Assembly: GCA_038227875.1 (NCBI GenBank)
Contig: JBBRPR010000002.1
Location: forward strand, 128,001-192,000
Length of the DNA stretch: 64,000 nucleotides
Direction of reading: 5' to 3'
Source of the DNA: Planctomycetota bacterium
Lineage (GTDB): Bacteria > Planctomycetota > SZUA-567 > H5-PLA8
Shown: positions 10,230 to 18,905 of the stretch, in pieces
Layout of the letters: the number at the start of each line of letters is the position of its first letter
Position numbering within the stretch: position 1 is the stretch's first letter
Notes under the pieces: model-generated
What the model saw: the letters and a program-made list of their open reading frames with translations, nothing else
Databases searched by the model: none
Told to the model about the DNA's origin: nothing
Translations under genes and position numbers: made by a program

Positions 10230-10291
10230 CTGCACACCTCCTTTCGTCTGTTCTTTCGTCAACGCCTTCGCTTACGCAAATCGCTCTCCCA

Positions 10292-12280
10292 TTATGTCAA
10301 TTTGCGCTCGGTAATTTCCTGTTTCGCCCGGGCGATGAATTCCGCCACCGGCATCGTGCCCAGGTCCTTCCGTCCGCGGCCGCGGACTGCGACGCTGTTG
10401 TTGGCCGCTTCGCGTTCGCCGATGACCAGCAGGTACGGGATCTTCGCGGCTTCCGACTCGGCGACCTTGGCGTTGATCTTGTAGTGGCCGAGGTCCTCTT
10501 CCACGCGCATACCGATGGCGCGCAGTTCGGCGGAAACGCGCCGGACTGCCTCTTCCTGCTTGTCGGTGATGTTCGCCACGCGCACCTGCACGGGAGACAG
10601 CCACAGCGGGAACGCGCCGGCGAAGTGTTCGATCAGGATGCCCACGAAGCGTTCGAAGCTGCCGAACGGCGCGCGGTGGATCATCACCGGACGGTGGCGC
10701 GCGTTGTCCGCGCCGACGTATTCCAGCTTGAAGCGTTCGGGCAGATTGTAATCGAGCTGAACGGTACCCAACTGCCATTCGCGGCCGATGCAGTCCTTGA
10801 CCATGAAGTCGAGCTTCGGACCGTAGAAGGCCGCTTCGCCGGGCATTTCCTCGTGCGGCAACTTCATGTCCTTGGCGACACGCTTCAAGGTTTCTTCCGC
10901 GCGGTCCCAAGTCTTCGGGTCGCCGGTGTATTTGTCGCTCTTCGGATCGCGCAAGCTGACCTGCACGCGGTAGTCGTTCAAGCCCAGCGCGGAGAAGATC
11001 GTCTGGACCAGCCCGACGGTGCTCTGGAATTCCTGCTCGACCTGCTCGGGAGTACAGAACAGATGCGCGTCGTCCTGAGTCAATCCGCGGACGCGGGTCA
11101 TGCCGTTGAGCTCACCGGACTGCTCGTAGCGGTAGACGGTCCCGAATTCCGCCAGGCGCACCGGCAGATCGCGGTAGCTGTGCTGCTCGGCCGCGTAGAT
11201 CTGAATGTGGTGCGGGCAGTTCATCGGCTTGAGCAGGTACTCTTCGTTGCCTTCGCCTTTGAGCGTCGGGTACTGGCTGTCTTTGTAGAACGGGAAGTGG
11301 CCGGAGATCTTGTACATCTCGACGTTGCCGATGTGCGGGGTGAAGACCGGCTGGTAACCGCGCTTGAAGAGCTCCGACTGCATCAGGTTCTGCAGTTCGG
11401 TGCGCATGATCGCGCCCTTGGGCATCCAGAGCACCAGGCCCTGTCCGACCAGTTGCGACATGGTGAACAGACCCATCTGCTTGCCGATCACGCGGTGGTC
11501 GCGCTTCTTGGCTTCGTCGATGCGGTCGAGGTGTTCCTTCAGGTCCTTGGCATCGTTGAAGGCGGTGCCGTAGATGCGCTGGAGCTGCTTGAGTTTCTCG
11601 TCGCCGTGGAAGTAGGCGCCGGCGACGGCAGTGAGCTTGTACGCGCCGATGCGGCCGGTGGCCGGGACGTGCGGTCCCATGCACAGGTCTTCGAAATCCT
11701 TGCCGACGTTTGAGCCGGTGACGTAGAAGGAGAGGATCTCGCCTTCCGCGCGCTGGGCGTTGTCGAGCTTGTAGGGATTGCCTTCGGCTTCGAGCTTCTT
11801 GATGCCTTCGGCGCGCGACAGTTCGTAGCGGGTCATCGGCCGGTTTTCGGCGACGATCTTGGCCATCTCTGCTTCGATCTTGGGGAAGTCGTCGACGGAG
11901 ATTTTGTAGTCGAGATCGATGTCGCCGTAGAAGCCTTCCGACGTCGGCGGACCGTAGACCAGCTTGGCTTCGGGCCAGAGGCGGATGATGGCTTCGGTCA
12001 TCACGTGTTCGGCGGTGTGGCGGATGCAGTAGAGCGCATCGGAGTCGAGCTTGCCGTCGCGGGACTTCGGAGTCACGACCGCGAACTTTCCGCTCTTGTC
12101 GAGGGGCCTGTTGAGGTCGTGGATCTGTCCGTCGATCTTGACGGCGATGGCATCGGCGGCGAGCCGTTTGCCGATCGACGCGGCGACCTGGTATCCGGTG
12201 GTTCCCGCGCTGAATTCGTGCTGCGATCCGTCGGGGTAGGTAAGAGTAATGTTGTGTGCTCCCGGGTTAATGGTGTTCAT
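10292..12280 (-). CDS. thrS: Threonine--tRNA ligase
   Basis: TGS domain, HxxxH editing motif, KPMNCPHH, YRYEQSGELNGMTRVR, AFYGPKLDF, MIHRAPFGS. Confidence 0.99.
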   Translation of the reverse strand: MNTINPGAHNITLTYPDGSQHEFSAGTTGYQVAASIGKRLAADAIAVKIDGQIHDLNRPLDKSGKFAVVTPKSRDGKLDSDALYCIRHTAEHVMTEAIIRLWPEAKLVYGPPTSEGFYGDIDLDYKISVDDFPKIEAEMAKIVAENRPMTRYELSRAEGIKKLEAEGNPYKLDNAQRAEGEILSFYVTGSNVGKDFEDLCMGPHVPATGRIGAYKLTAVAGAYFHGDEKLKQLQRIYGTAFNDAKDLKEHLDRIDEAKKRDHRVIGKQMGLFTMSQLVGQGLVLWMPKGAIMRTELQNLMQSELFKRGYQPVFTPHIGNVEMYKISGHFPFYKDSQYPTLKGEGNEEYLLKPMNCPHHIQIYAAEQHSYRDLPVRLAEFGTVYRYEQSGELNGMTRVRGLTQDDAHLFCTPEQVEQEFQSTVGLVQTIFSALGLNDYRVQVSLRDPKSDKYTGDPKTWDRAEETLKRVAKDMKLPHEEMPGEAAFYGPKLDFMVKDCIGREWQLGTVQLDYNLPERFKLEYVGADNARHRPVMIHRAPFGSFERFVGILIEHFAGAFPLWLSPVQVRVANITDKQEEAVRRVSAELRAIGMRVEEDLGHYKINAKVAESEAAKIPYLLVIGEREAANNSVAVRGRGRKDLGTMPVAEFIARAKQEITERKLT

Positions 12281-12314
12281 TTTGAGCGCTCGCTTAAGAG
12301 TGTGCGACCTGCGG

Positions 12315-12339
12315 AAAAAGCAGACTCACAAGAGTCCGC
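12315..12339 (-). terminator. Terminator-like hairpin in the thrS leader (possible attenuator)
   Basis: Minus strand GCGGACTC-TTGT-GAGTCTGC-TTTTT about 35 nt upstream of the thrS ATG. Confidence 0.55.
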
Positions 12340-12491
12340 GTTGGCCGACACGCGTCGCGCGGCTTGAGCGATTCCATGCCGGAGGGCTTGCAGAGCAAAA
12401 CGCGAACGCGTAGTGCCACAGGCAGCCGCCCGGACCCACAGGCTTGATACGACTGGCGCAGAAGCGCTTGCAGGGGGAATACGAACGATCA

Positions 12492-12575
12492 TCAAGAGTC
12501 GAGACGCGTCAGTACCGTGAGAACCACGGCGGCGCTTCTCGTCGACCGCCTGGCTGGTGAAGCCAGGCGTGTCAT
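12492..12575 (-). CDS. Putative thrS leader peptide (27 aa, 4 Thr)
   Basis: MTRLASPARRSTRSAAVVLTVLTRLDS; contains a perfect 9-bp hairpin at 12547-12569. Confidence 0.35.
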   Translation of the reverse strand: MTRLASPARRSTRSAAVVLTVLTRLDS

Positions 12576-12706
12576 ATCCTTAGTGAAGTAAAAAGAGTGG
12601 CGCATTCAGTCAAACTTTCCGAACCTTGGATTACGAAACGTTCACCTCATAAAGATAACTCGCGGCGGAAGGGTGTGCAACCGAATTCCTAACAAAGTGC
12701 ACCTGC

Positions 12707-12741
12707 GGGAATGTCGAAAAGTGAATGTCGAATGTCGAAGA
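12707..12741 (+). repeat. GAATGTC heptamer-based dispersed repeat, copy 2
   Basis: gggaatgtcgaaaagtgaatgtcgaatgtcgaaga. Confidence 0.85.
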
Positions 12742-13009
12742 ATGTGGGCGGCGCTCGCAGGTGTAACATTCGAGCTGGATTGCACGGGGTGAGGTACCAC
12801 ACGGTTTCATAGGTGAATGTTACCAAATGTGACAGAATGTTACGCGGACCGGGAGTGGGGCTGTTTTCCGGTACAACAGCGCGGGTGTACGGCGCGGACC
12901 CTCCGGCCGAGATGCCCGGTCTATTTATGACCGGGCACTTCTGGCCTGGCGCGTCGTTGCGCTCGGGGTCCGCTGGAGGCGTATGAGGTTGTCAAAGAGC
13001 GGGAACAGA

Positions 13010-13043
13010 GTCATTGGTCATTGGTCATTGGTCATTGGTCATT
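13010..13043. repeat. GTCATTG heptamer tandem repeat (about 4.9 copies)
   Basis: gtcattg x4 followed by gtcatt. Confidence 0.9.
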
Positions 13044-13189
13044 TTTCATTTACGAGGGGCGGATGGGGCGCGTCGTGGAGTGAGGGCGGGCCGCGGCTGA
13101 CTTTGGCACAAGGGGAACGCGAGGTTGGTGATTGGCGCATTGCGATTGCAATTGGGATCATTGGGTGTCTCTTGGAATTTGGGGCGTTG

Positions 13190-13234
13190 GAGTGTGCCAC
13201 TGGTGGCTTGTCCACCAGTGCCGCGCTCGCGGAC
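13190..13234 (-). repeat. REP-like palindrome, copy A
   Basis: gagtgtgccactggtggcttgtccaccagtgccgcgctcgcggac; matches the reverse complement of 15186-15230 with 4 mismatches. Confidence 0.85.
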
Positions 13235-13519
13235 CCACGTGGATGGTTCGTGAAGGTTGAGAGCGCGGGGCGCGTGTGGTTCATGCTGTTGCCGTTGCTG
13301 TTCACGCTGTTGCTTGGGAGCTCGGCGAGGGCTGGGGTGTGGCATTAGATGGCCTGATCACTGGAAAGGCGGCGAGGGTTGCGCGGAAATCGGGCGCCCT
13401 TTCAGGGCGCGGGGCATCGAGTCGAACCGAGGGCTGCCGCCCTCGGCTATTGACGGGCGGCCTTCCAGGCCGTGGGGCTTCGCGCGATCGGTGGCGACTC
13501 GGACGGGCGGGCTTTGTTT

Positions 13520-13565
13520 GCGAGGTCGGCACTGGTGGCTATACAGCCAGCCACCAGTGGCACAC
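13520..13565 (+). repeat. REP-like palindrome, copy B
   Basis: ggcactggtggct-atacagcc-agccaccagtggcacac. Confidence 0.8.
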
Positions 13566-14000
13566 AACTGCAGGCGAAATTGCAAACGAGGCGCGTCTCT
13601 CGCCTGTTCGAAAAGCTCAGGGCAGGCACCCTGACTTGTGAATGGGAGCAAGTGGGCGCGGGGCGTGGGTGCTCCGGGGGATGGGGTGTTCACGGGGATG
13701 GCTCCTGGCGGACGGGACTTGAGTGTTGCAGATGATAAAAGACTGGGGGGTTCGGGCGTTGGTGCGGGATAGTGGATTTCCTTTATATATCTATGCGCTT
13801 GAGAAATGAAAAAGTCAAGTAATATCTTGAAACTTCGTATATAAAAGTTAAGTATTTTTATATTTATAGTGAGTTATGAGTTTCAGTTCGCATGGGGCAG
13901 TATTCGGTTTCCGTTGGCCGGGGACGCGCGATGAAGCTTCGTCGTGTGAAAAGTGTCCTTATATAAAGCAACTCTCGACACTGAAAATCAAGGGAAATCT

Positions 14001-14120
14001 GGCGAATGAGCTAATTTGAGCAGGAATGAGAGCGAATGATAGCAAATGAGCGCGAATGAGCAGGAATGATTCAAAATGAGCGTGATTGAACAAGAATGAG
14101 CACGAATGAGCTGAAATGAG
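14001..14120. repeat. Twelve degenerate 10-bp tandem units, consensus cNNgAATGAG
   Basis: ggcgaatgag/ctaatttgag/caggaatgag/agcgaatgat/.../cacgaatgag/ctgaaatgag in exact 10-nt phase. Confidence 0.9.
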
Positions 14121-14254
14121 CGGTTTTGTGTTGGATGGGCGGGGGGCAATGGATGGTGTTGGCGAAATCGTGGTTTGCAGAAAAGGGTGCAGCGTTCATA
14201 CAATTCCATGCTGGTCGCTGTCTGTGGAACTCGCCTCAAACGGAGGTCGCTGAC

Positions 14255-15109
14255 TTGAGTGAGACTGAGGATAACTCGTACGAGGCTCACGAGCGGCGCA
14301 AGCGCGCTTTAACGGAGCGCTTGCGCGCCTGCCAGCAGGATGAGATCGTGGGTGTGGTTGATCCGAGCGGGGGTGGTGTGGTGCGGGTACGCTCGGGTGA
14401 CGAGACAGAATGGACTCTGGTGGCATGTCTCTGCCCGTGGCGGATAGCCGGACAGGCCATGAAGGAAAGCAAACTGCATCTGGAGTTGAAAGCGGATGCC
14501 GCGACACTGGACGAGACCCAGAACGCGCTCAAGGTCCATGACGTTGTGCGCCTTCGCGCGCAAATAATTGAAGACGCTTCGGGACAGCGCGCCGATGGTT
14601 TGTTGAAAGTGGTGATCGGAACGGAAACTCGCGACGAGGAACTTTCCGCGCAAGCTTTGGCAAGACAAAAGCCAGTCACATTTACTGATGATCTGCTCGG
14701 AGAATTTACGCTGAATCGCAGTGTCGGCTGGTTTGGGGGCAAGCCACTTTGGATGGGCAAGCGGATCCGGTTGTCGCTTTCCGTTGATACTTCTGTCAAT
14801 GCGGATGCATTCCTGAAGACTGCGCATTTGATTTGGAGCGCGCAGAAGGAGTGGGATCAACGGGCGCGTGCGGTGGCGGTCCGCGATCTGTTGAAATTGA
14901 AAAACTCGGCATGGCTCGACACGGATGAAGGCGAGACGGAATTATCCGCGGCGCAGTTCAGTGCCAAAATTGAGTGTGAAAGCGTGAACATCAGCGACGA
15001 TGAGGACATCACGTTTTACTACAATGACGGGGATCTCTTTCTCGGGCATTCAATCCAGATCAGCGCAACGATTTCGGACGGGCCGACGGATGCGCAAATT
15101 GTCGGGTGA
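14255..15109 (+). CDS. DUF2262 family protein
   Basis: GGAGG before TTG 14255; LGEFTLNRSVGWF and C-terminal FYYNDGDLFLGHSI motifs; lower GC than neighbours. Confidence 0.75.
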   Translation: MSETEDNSYEAHERRKRALTERLRACQQDEIVGVVDPSGGGVVRVRSGDETEWTLVACLCPWRIAGQAMKESKLHLELKADAATLDETQNALKVHDVVRLRAQIIEDASGQRADGLLKVVIGTETRDEELSAQALARQKPVTFTDDLLGEFTLNRSVGWFGGKPLWMGKRIRLSLSVDTSVNADAFLKTAHLIWSAQKEWDQRARAVAVRDLLKLKNSAWLDTDEGETELSAAQFSAKIECESVNISDDEDITFYYNDGDLFLGHSIQISATISDGPTDAQIVG

Positions 15110-15185
15110 GGAGTAGATCGGCATTGCCCATCCCAAAAGGCCAATGCACTCCGCGCATTCAATGCCTCACGGACCGGCAGCCATT

Positions 15186-15230
15186 GTCCGTGAGGGCGGC
15201 ACTGGTGGACGAGCCACCAGTGGCACATTC
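15186..15230 (+). repeat. REP-like palindrome, copy C
   Basis: gtccgtgagggcggcactggtggacgagccaccagtggcacattc. Confidence 0.85.
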
Positions 15231-15384
15231 CGGCGCTTTGATTGCAAGAGGAGCGTGATGGTCCAGATTGCAAGCGCGGTGGCGCTCTTGACCGGTCCGC
15301 GCGTAAGCTTCTCACCCCGGTCTCGCTGCGCTCGCTCGACCTGCTCCCCAGAGGGGGCGAGGGGACCAATGATTCCGTCCCGTT

Positions 15385-16221
15385 CTACGTCCACAACTGC
15401 GCGAAGGTGTAGGGCATGCCTTCGATTTGGCGGACGCCGAACCAGCAGACGTTGTCGCCGTTGACTAATTCGACGCGGCGGTTGCGGACGGCGGGGATGT
15501 CGGAGTAAGGGGCGAAGTCGGCGAGGTGTTTTTCTTTGAAGCGATAGGGCTCGGACGGGAGCCAGATCACGTCGGGTTGCGCGGCGCGGATCTGGTCCAT
15601 CGTGACGGTGGGGTAGCGCGAAGACGCGTCGGCTCCGAAGACATTCTCGGCGCCGACGACGCGGAGATGATCGTGGATGAAGGTGTCGGCGTTGGTCGTC
15701 ATCCACGGATCGCGCCAGATGGCGTAGAACAGGCGCAGCGGTTTTCGCGCGGCGAGTTTTTCGGCGGCGCGGCGGCGGACTGATTTCAGTTGTTCGTCGG
15801 CTTCGCGGGCGAGCGATTCGGCGCGTTCGGTGGCGCCGATCAGGGCACCGAGTTCGCGGATCGAGGCGATGCCGTCGTCGAGCGTTTTCACGCCGTTGCA
15901 GTAGGTCTCGAGGCGCGACTTGAACCAGTCGATGTCCTCGAGCTGATTTTCTTCGAGATTGGTGAGCAGGAGGTCGGGATTGAGGCTCATCACTTTTTCG
16001 CGGAGGACTGTCTTGGTGCCGCCGACTTTGACGACGCGCGGGTCTTTGAGCAGGTCCTTGGGTTCGATGCAGAAGGCGGTGCAGCCGACGAGTTCTTCGC
16101 GGCCGCCGATGGCGCAGAGCGATTCGGTCAGGCTGGGCACGAGCGAGACCACGCGGCGGTTGGGGCGTACCGTTGCGGGGGTGTGCACCACGTTACCGGC
16201 GTCGGTCCACGGACTGTTCAT
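15385..16221 (-). CDS. Helical-backbone metal/cobalamin-binding protein (BtuF-like)
   Basis: RVVSLVPSLTE, VGGTK, EEN, PWMT, RYP, LPSEPY.F motifs. Confidence 0.85.
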   Translation of the reverse strand: MNSPWTDAGNVVHTPATVRPNRRVVSLVPSLTESLCAIGGREELVGCTAFCIEPKDLLKDPRVVKVGGTKTVLREKVMSLNPDLLLTNLEENQLEDIDWFKSRLETYCNGVKTLDDGIASIRELGALIGATERAESLAREADEQLKSVRRRAAEKLAARKPLRLFYAIWRDPWMTTNADTFIHDHLRVVGAENVFGADASSRYPTVTMDQIRAAQPDVIWLPSEPYRFKEKHLADFAPYSDIPAVRNRRVELVNGDNVCWFGVRQIEGMPYTFAQLWT

Positions 16222-16420
16222 GGATTTTAGAATAACAATAGGGCGCTGAAAAATACAGCGCGCACCTAACTCCCGAACCCCCGAACCCCTTACCTAAAAG
16301 GGAGGGGGCCGGGGGTGGTGTTTGCGATTGAAGGTTTTTTGCCAACCTGCGTCCTAAAATGTAGAGCGGCGCTTGGACCCGCGGCTACGGATGGACATTT
16401 TTTGCAGGAGGTCATCGACC

Positions 16421-17635
16421 ATGAATAAATTACGTCTCAGTATTCCGCTGGCGCTTGGATCGCTATTTCTGGTTCCGCAGCTGAGCCAGGCGGCGGATGC
16501 GAATACTCCCCCGGCGGAGAAGCCGGCGCCGAATACGACCGAGCTTGAAAACCGCATCCGGACGCTGGAGGCGCGCATTCACGATCTCGAATCGCAGCTC
16601 GACGACCGGGCCACGCAGAACAACAACCACAGCATGCGCCAGTTCCGCGATCGGATGAAGCGCGACCTGGGCAACAACTTCGACGACATGTTCGATCAGA
16701 TGCGCCGCGAGCTGGAACAGGGTGGCTTCAATTTCAAATTTGATTTCACGCCGGATGGCCAGATGGCGCCGCCGCGGCTTAATAGTCGCGGATTCGGGAT
16801 GAATGCGCCGAGCCAGGAGCGGCCGCGCCTGGGCGTGCAGTTGCAGCCGTTGAGCGACGAACTGCGCGAACGCTTCAACAACAAGCCGACGCAGGGCGCG
16901 TTCGTGACGTCGGTGGTGCCGGATTCCCCCGCGGAGAAGGCGGGCCTCGCGGTGGGCGATGCGATTATCAAAGTGGACGGGAAGGACGTGGCGACTGCGG
17001 CGGAGGCGATTGACGCGGTGCGCAACGCGGCCGACGGGAAGCTCAGCCTGACCGTGCTGCGCCAGAACAAGGAAGTGACGCTGACGGCCGAACTGCAGGC
17101 GGAACTGTCGATCGACGATGACGCGAACCAACCGCCCAACGGCCGCTGGCTGCGCAAAGGGGATCTGAACCGCGGTCCGAAGAGCCTGGGCAACAACGGC
17201 ATGACCGGCAATGGCGCGAACGGACATTCGGAATCGAAAACGGTGCTGAAGGCATCGGCGCTGGAAGTGACGGATGAACTGGCGACGACGCTGAAGCTCA
17301 ATGACGAGCAGCGCAAGAAGATGAGCGACGTGCTGGCCAGGCAGTCGCAGGCGGCGAGCGACGAAGCGTCGGCGCCGGTTCAGCCGCGGGCGACTACGCG
17401 CGGCGGCTGGAATAATCTTTCGTTGAACGCGGACATCAGTGGCATCATCGAGAAACACGTCGCGGCCGCGGAAACGGAATTGAAGGGGACGCTTAACGAC
17501 GAGCAGCTGCGCGCGTGGAAGGATTATCGCGCGACGCACAATACGATTCAGTTCTCGCGGTCGATGACGATCGAGAATGGCGGAACGGTTCCGGCGCCGT
17601 CGAACGGCGGTGCTTCGGGCGGGAATGGCTTCTAA
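16421..17635 (+). CDS. Secreted PDZ-domain protein with coiled coil
   Basis: GGAGG RBS; signal peptide; RPRLGVQL...VVPDSPAEKAGL.VGD.I.KVDG; no protease domain seen. Confidence 0.8.
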   Translation: MNKLRLSIPLALGSLFLVPQLSQAADANTPPAEKPAPNTTELENRIRTLEARIHDLESQLDDRATQNNNHSMRQFRDRMKRDLGNNFDDMFDQMRRELEQGGFNFKFDFTPDGQMAPPRLNSRGFGMNAPSQERPRLGVQLQPLSDELRERFNNKPTQGAFVTSVVPDSPAEKAGLAVGDAIIKVDGKDVATAAEAIDAVRNAADGKLSLTVLRQNKEVTLTAELQAELSIDDDANQPPNGRWLRKGDLNRGPKSLGNNGMTGNGANGHSESKTVLKASALEVTDELATTLKLNDEQRKKMSDVLARQSQAASDEASAPVQPRATTRGGWNNLSLNADISGIIEKHVAAAETELKGTLNDEQLRAWKDYRATHNTIQFSRSMTIENGGTVPAPSNGGASGGNGF

Positions 17636-17665
17636 GCCGTCGCCTGGGACGTGAGTGAAGACGAG

Positions 17666-17702
17666 ACGGGCAGAGCGTGAAAGCTCTGCCCGTTTCTTTT
17701 TT
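17666..17702 (+). terminator. Rho-independent terminator
   Basis: acgggcagagc-gtgaaa-gctctgcccgt followed by a T run. Confidence 0.85.
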
Positions 17703-17764
17703 GTGGGTCGAAATCGTACGGTCATCCGTTTGCATCTCTATGGATAGGGCACGGAGAGATTGAT

Positions 17765-18886
17765 ATGTATAGCCATCGACTTTTCACGGCACTGACGGTG
17801 CTGACCTTGGCGGGAATAGCGCAGGCACGAGCGGAAGACCGCGTTTTTGATCAGCCGGGTGTGGAAGTGCGGATCAGCGCGACCGATCTGGCGCCACGCA
17901 TAAATACGGTGGTCGAAGGAATCGTGACAGCGGTTAACGGAGAGGCCGGCGCATTTTCGGTCAGTGGGCGGCGGGTGTTGTTCCAGAGCTCCCGCGAGGA
18001 CCAGCCGCCGGTGGATACGACGCTGGTTCCGGCGGAAGTTGTGCAACTGCCGCCGGGCATTCGAACGGGTGCGATTGTGCTGGGCAAATCCGCGAGCCCC
18101 GGGCTGAACATTTATGCGAGTGTCGCGGGCTTTAATATTCTTCTGCGCGACACGCCGCGGCCTCCGGTGGTGGGAGACGGCGTTGATCACCGCTTCGAGC
18201 AGGGACCGTTTACGAGCACGGTCACGCCGCAGCCGTTGCCGCCTGTGCATCTGGTTCCACCTCCGAATCTGGCGCAGACAATGCCGGCTGCCGCGGCCAG
18301 TCATCCGTGCGTGTGCACGCGCATTGTCGTGCAAGCTCCCATGGTTGGAAATGGAGCAGGGACAGTCGCAGGGACGGGGGCGACGCGAGCAGGTGGCGCA
18401 GCGGGTGAGGAACAGTCAACGCGCGAGCCTGCACCGATCCTGGACTACAAGTTCTTCCCGACCGATCATGGTATGACGGTGATCAACAGCATGGATTTGA
18501 AGCAGCCGATTGCGCTGGCGAAGGACAATGTGTTGCATCCGGTGGAAGATCCTGATCACGCCAAGCGCCCGTGGGATGCGGCGTGTGTGTGCGACGCGAC
18601 GTTGGTGATCCGGCCCTACGGCGACGATTTTACGCAGAACGCCGAGACGTACACCAATCCGCGATCGCGGACGGGTGAACGGGTTGCGTACGAGAAAGAG
18701 CCGGTCGCCGATCCGCTGCCGCCGGAAAACAAGCGCGATTCGATTTTGAACATCAAGAACACGCCGCCCCGCGCCGTTCGCGCGCTGAGAAAAGGCGATC
18801 GCGTGCTGGTCGGATATTCGTCGGGCGAAGTGGCCGAGCCGGTGTTCGTGATTCGCGCTCCGGGAATCGACGTACCTTCACGGTAG
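17765..18886 (+). CDS. Secreted hypothetical protein
   Basis: 373 aa; GGAG RBS; signal peptide ending AQARA; CVC occurs twice. Confidence 0.7.
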   Translation: MYSHRLFTALTVLTLAGIAQARAEDRVFDQPGVEVRISATDLAPRINTVVEGIVTAVNGEAGAFSVSGRRVLFQSSREDQPPVDTTLVPAEVVQLPPGIRTGAIVLGKSASPGLNIYASVAGFNILLRDTPRPPVVGDGVDHRFEQGPFTSTVTPQPLPPVHLVPPPNLAQTMPAAAASHPCVCTRIVVQAPMVGNGAGTVAGTGATRAGGAAGEEQSTREPAPILDYKFFPTDHGMTVINSMDLKQPIALAKDNVLHPVEDPDHAKRPWDAACVCDATLVIRPYGDDFTQNAETYTNPRSRTGERVAYEKEPVADPLPPENKRDSILNIKNTPPRAVRALRKGDRVLVGYSSGEVAEPVFVIRAPGIDVPSR

Positions 18887-18905
18887 TTGCACGGTAGTTC
18901 GTTCG

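Noticed and set aside
12400..12425. T-box riboswitch (TGGCACTACGCG resembles UGGNACCGCG)
   Set aside because: Imperfect motif; I could not identify a matching antiterminator or Stem I. A cmsearch would be needed to exclude it formally.
12983..13735. Short ORFs in the repeat-rich intergenic region
   Set aside because: Translations simply read through palindromes and heptamer arrays; no motifs or clear RBS.
13775..13885. Chromosomal oriC or dif site
   Set aside because: AT-rich, but no clear DnaA-box cluster or convincing XerCD consensus, and no dnaA or par genes nearby.
14001..14120. CRISPR array interpretation of the periodic repeat
   Set aside because: Period is 10 bp with no 23-47 bp repeats or unique spacers, and no cas genes are present.
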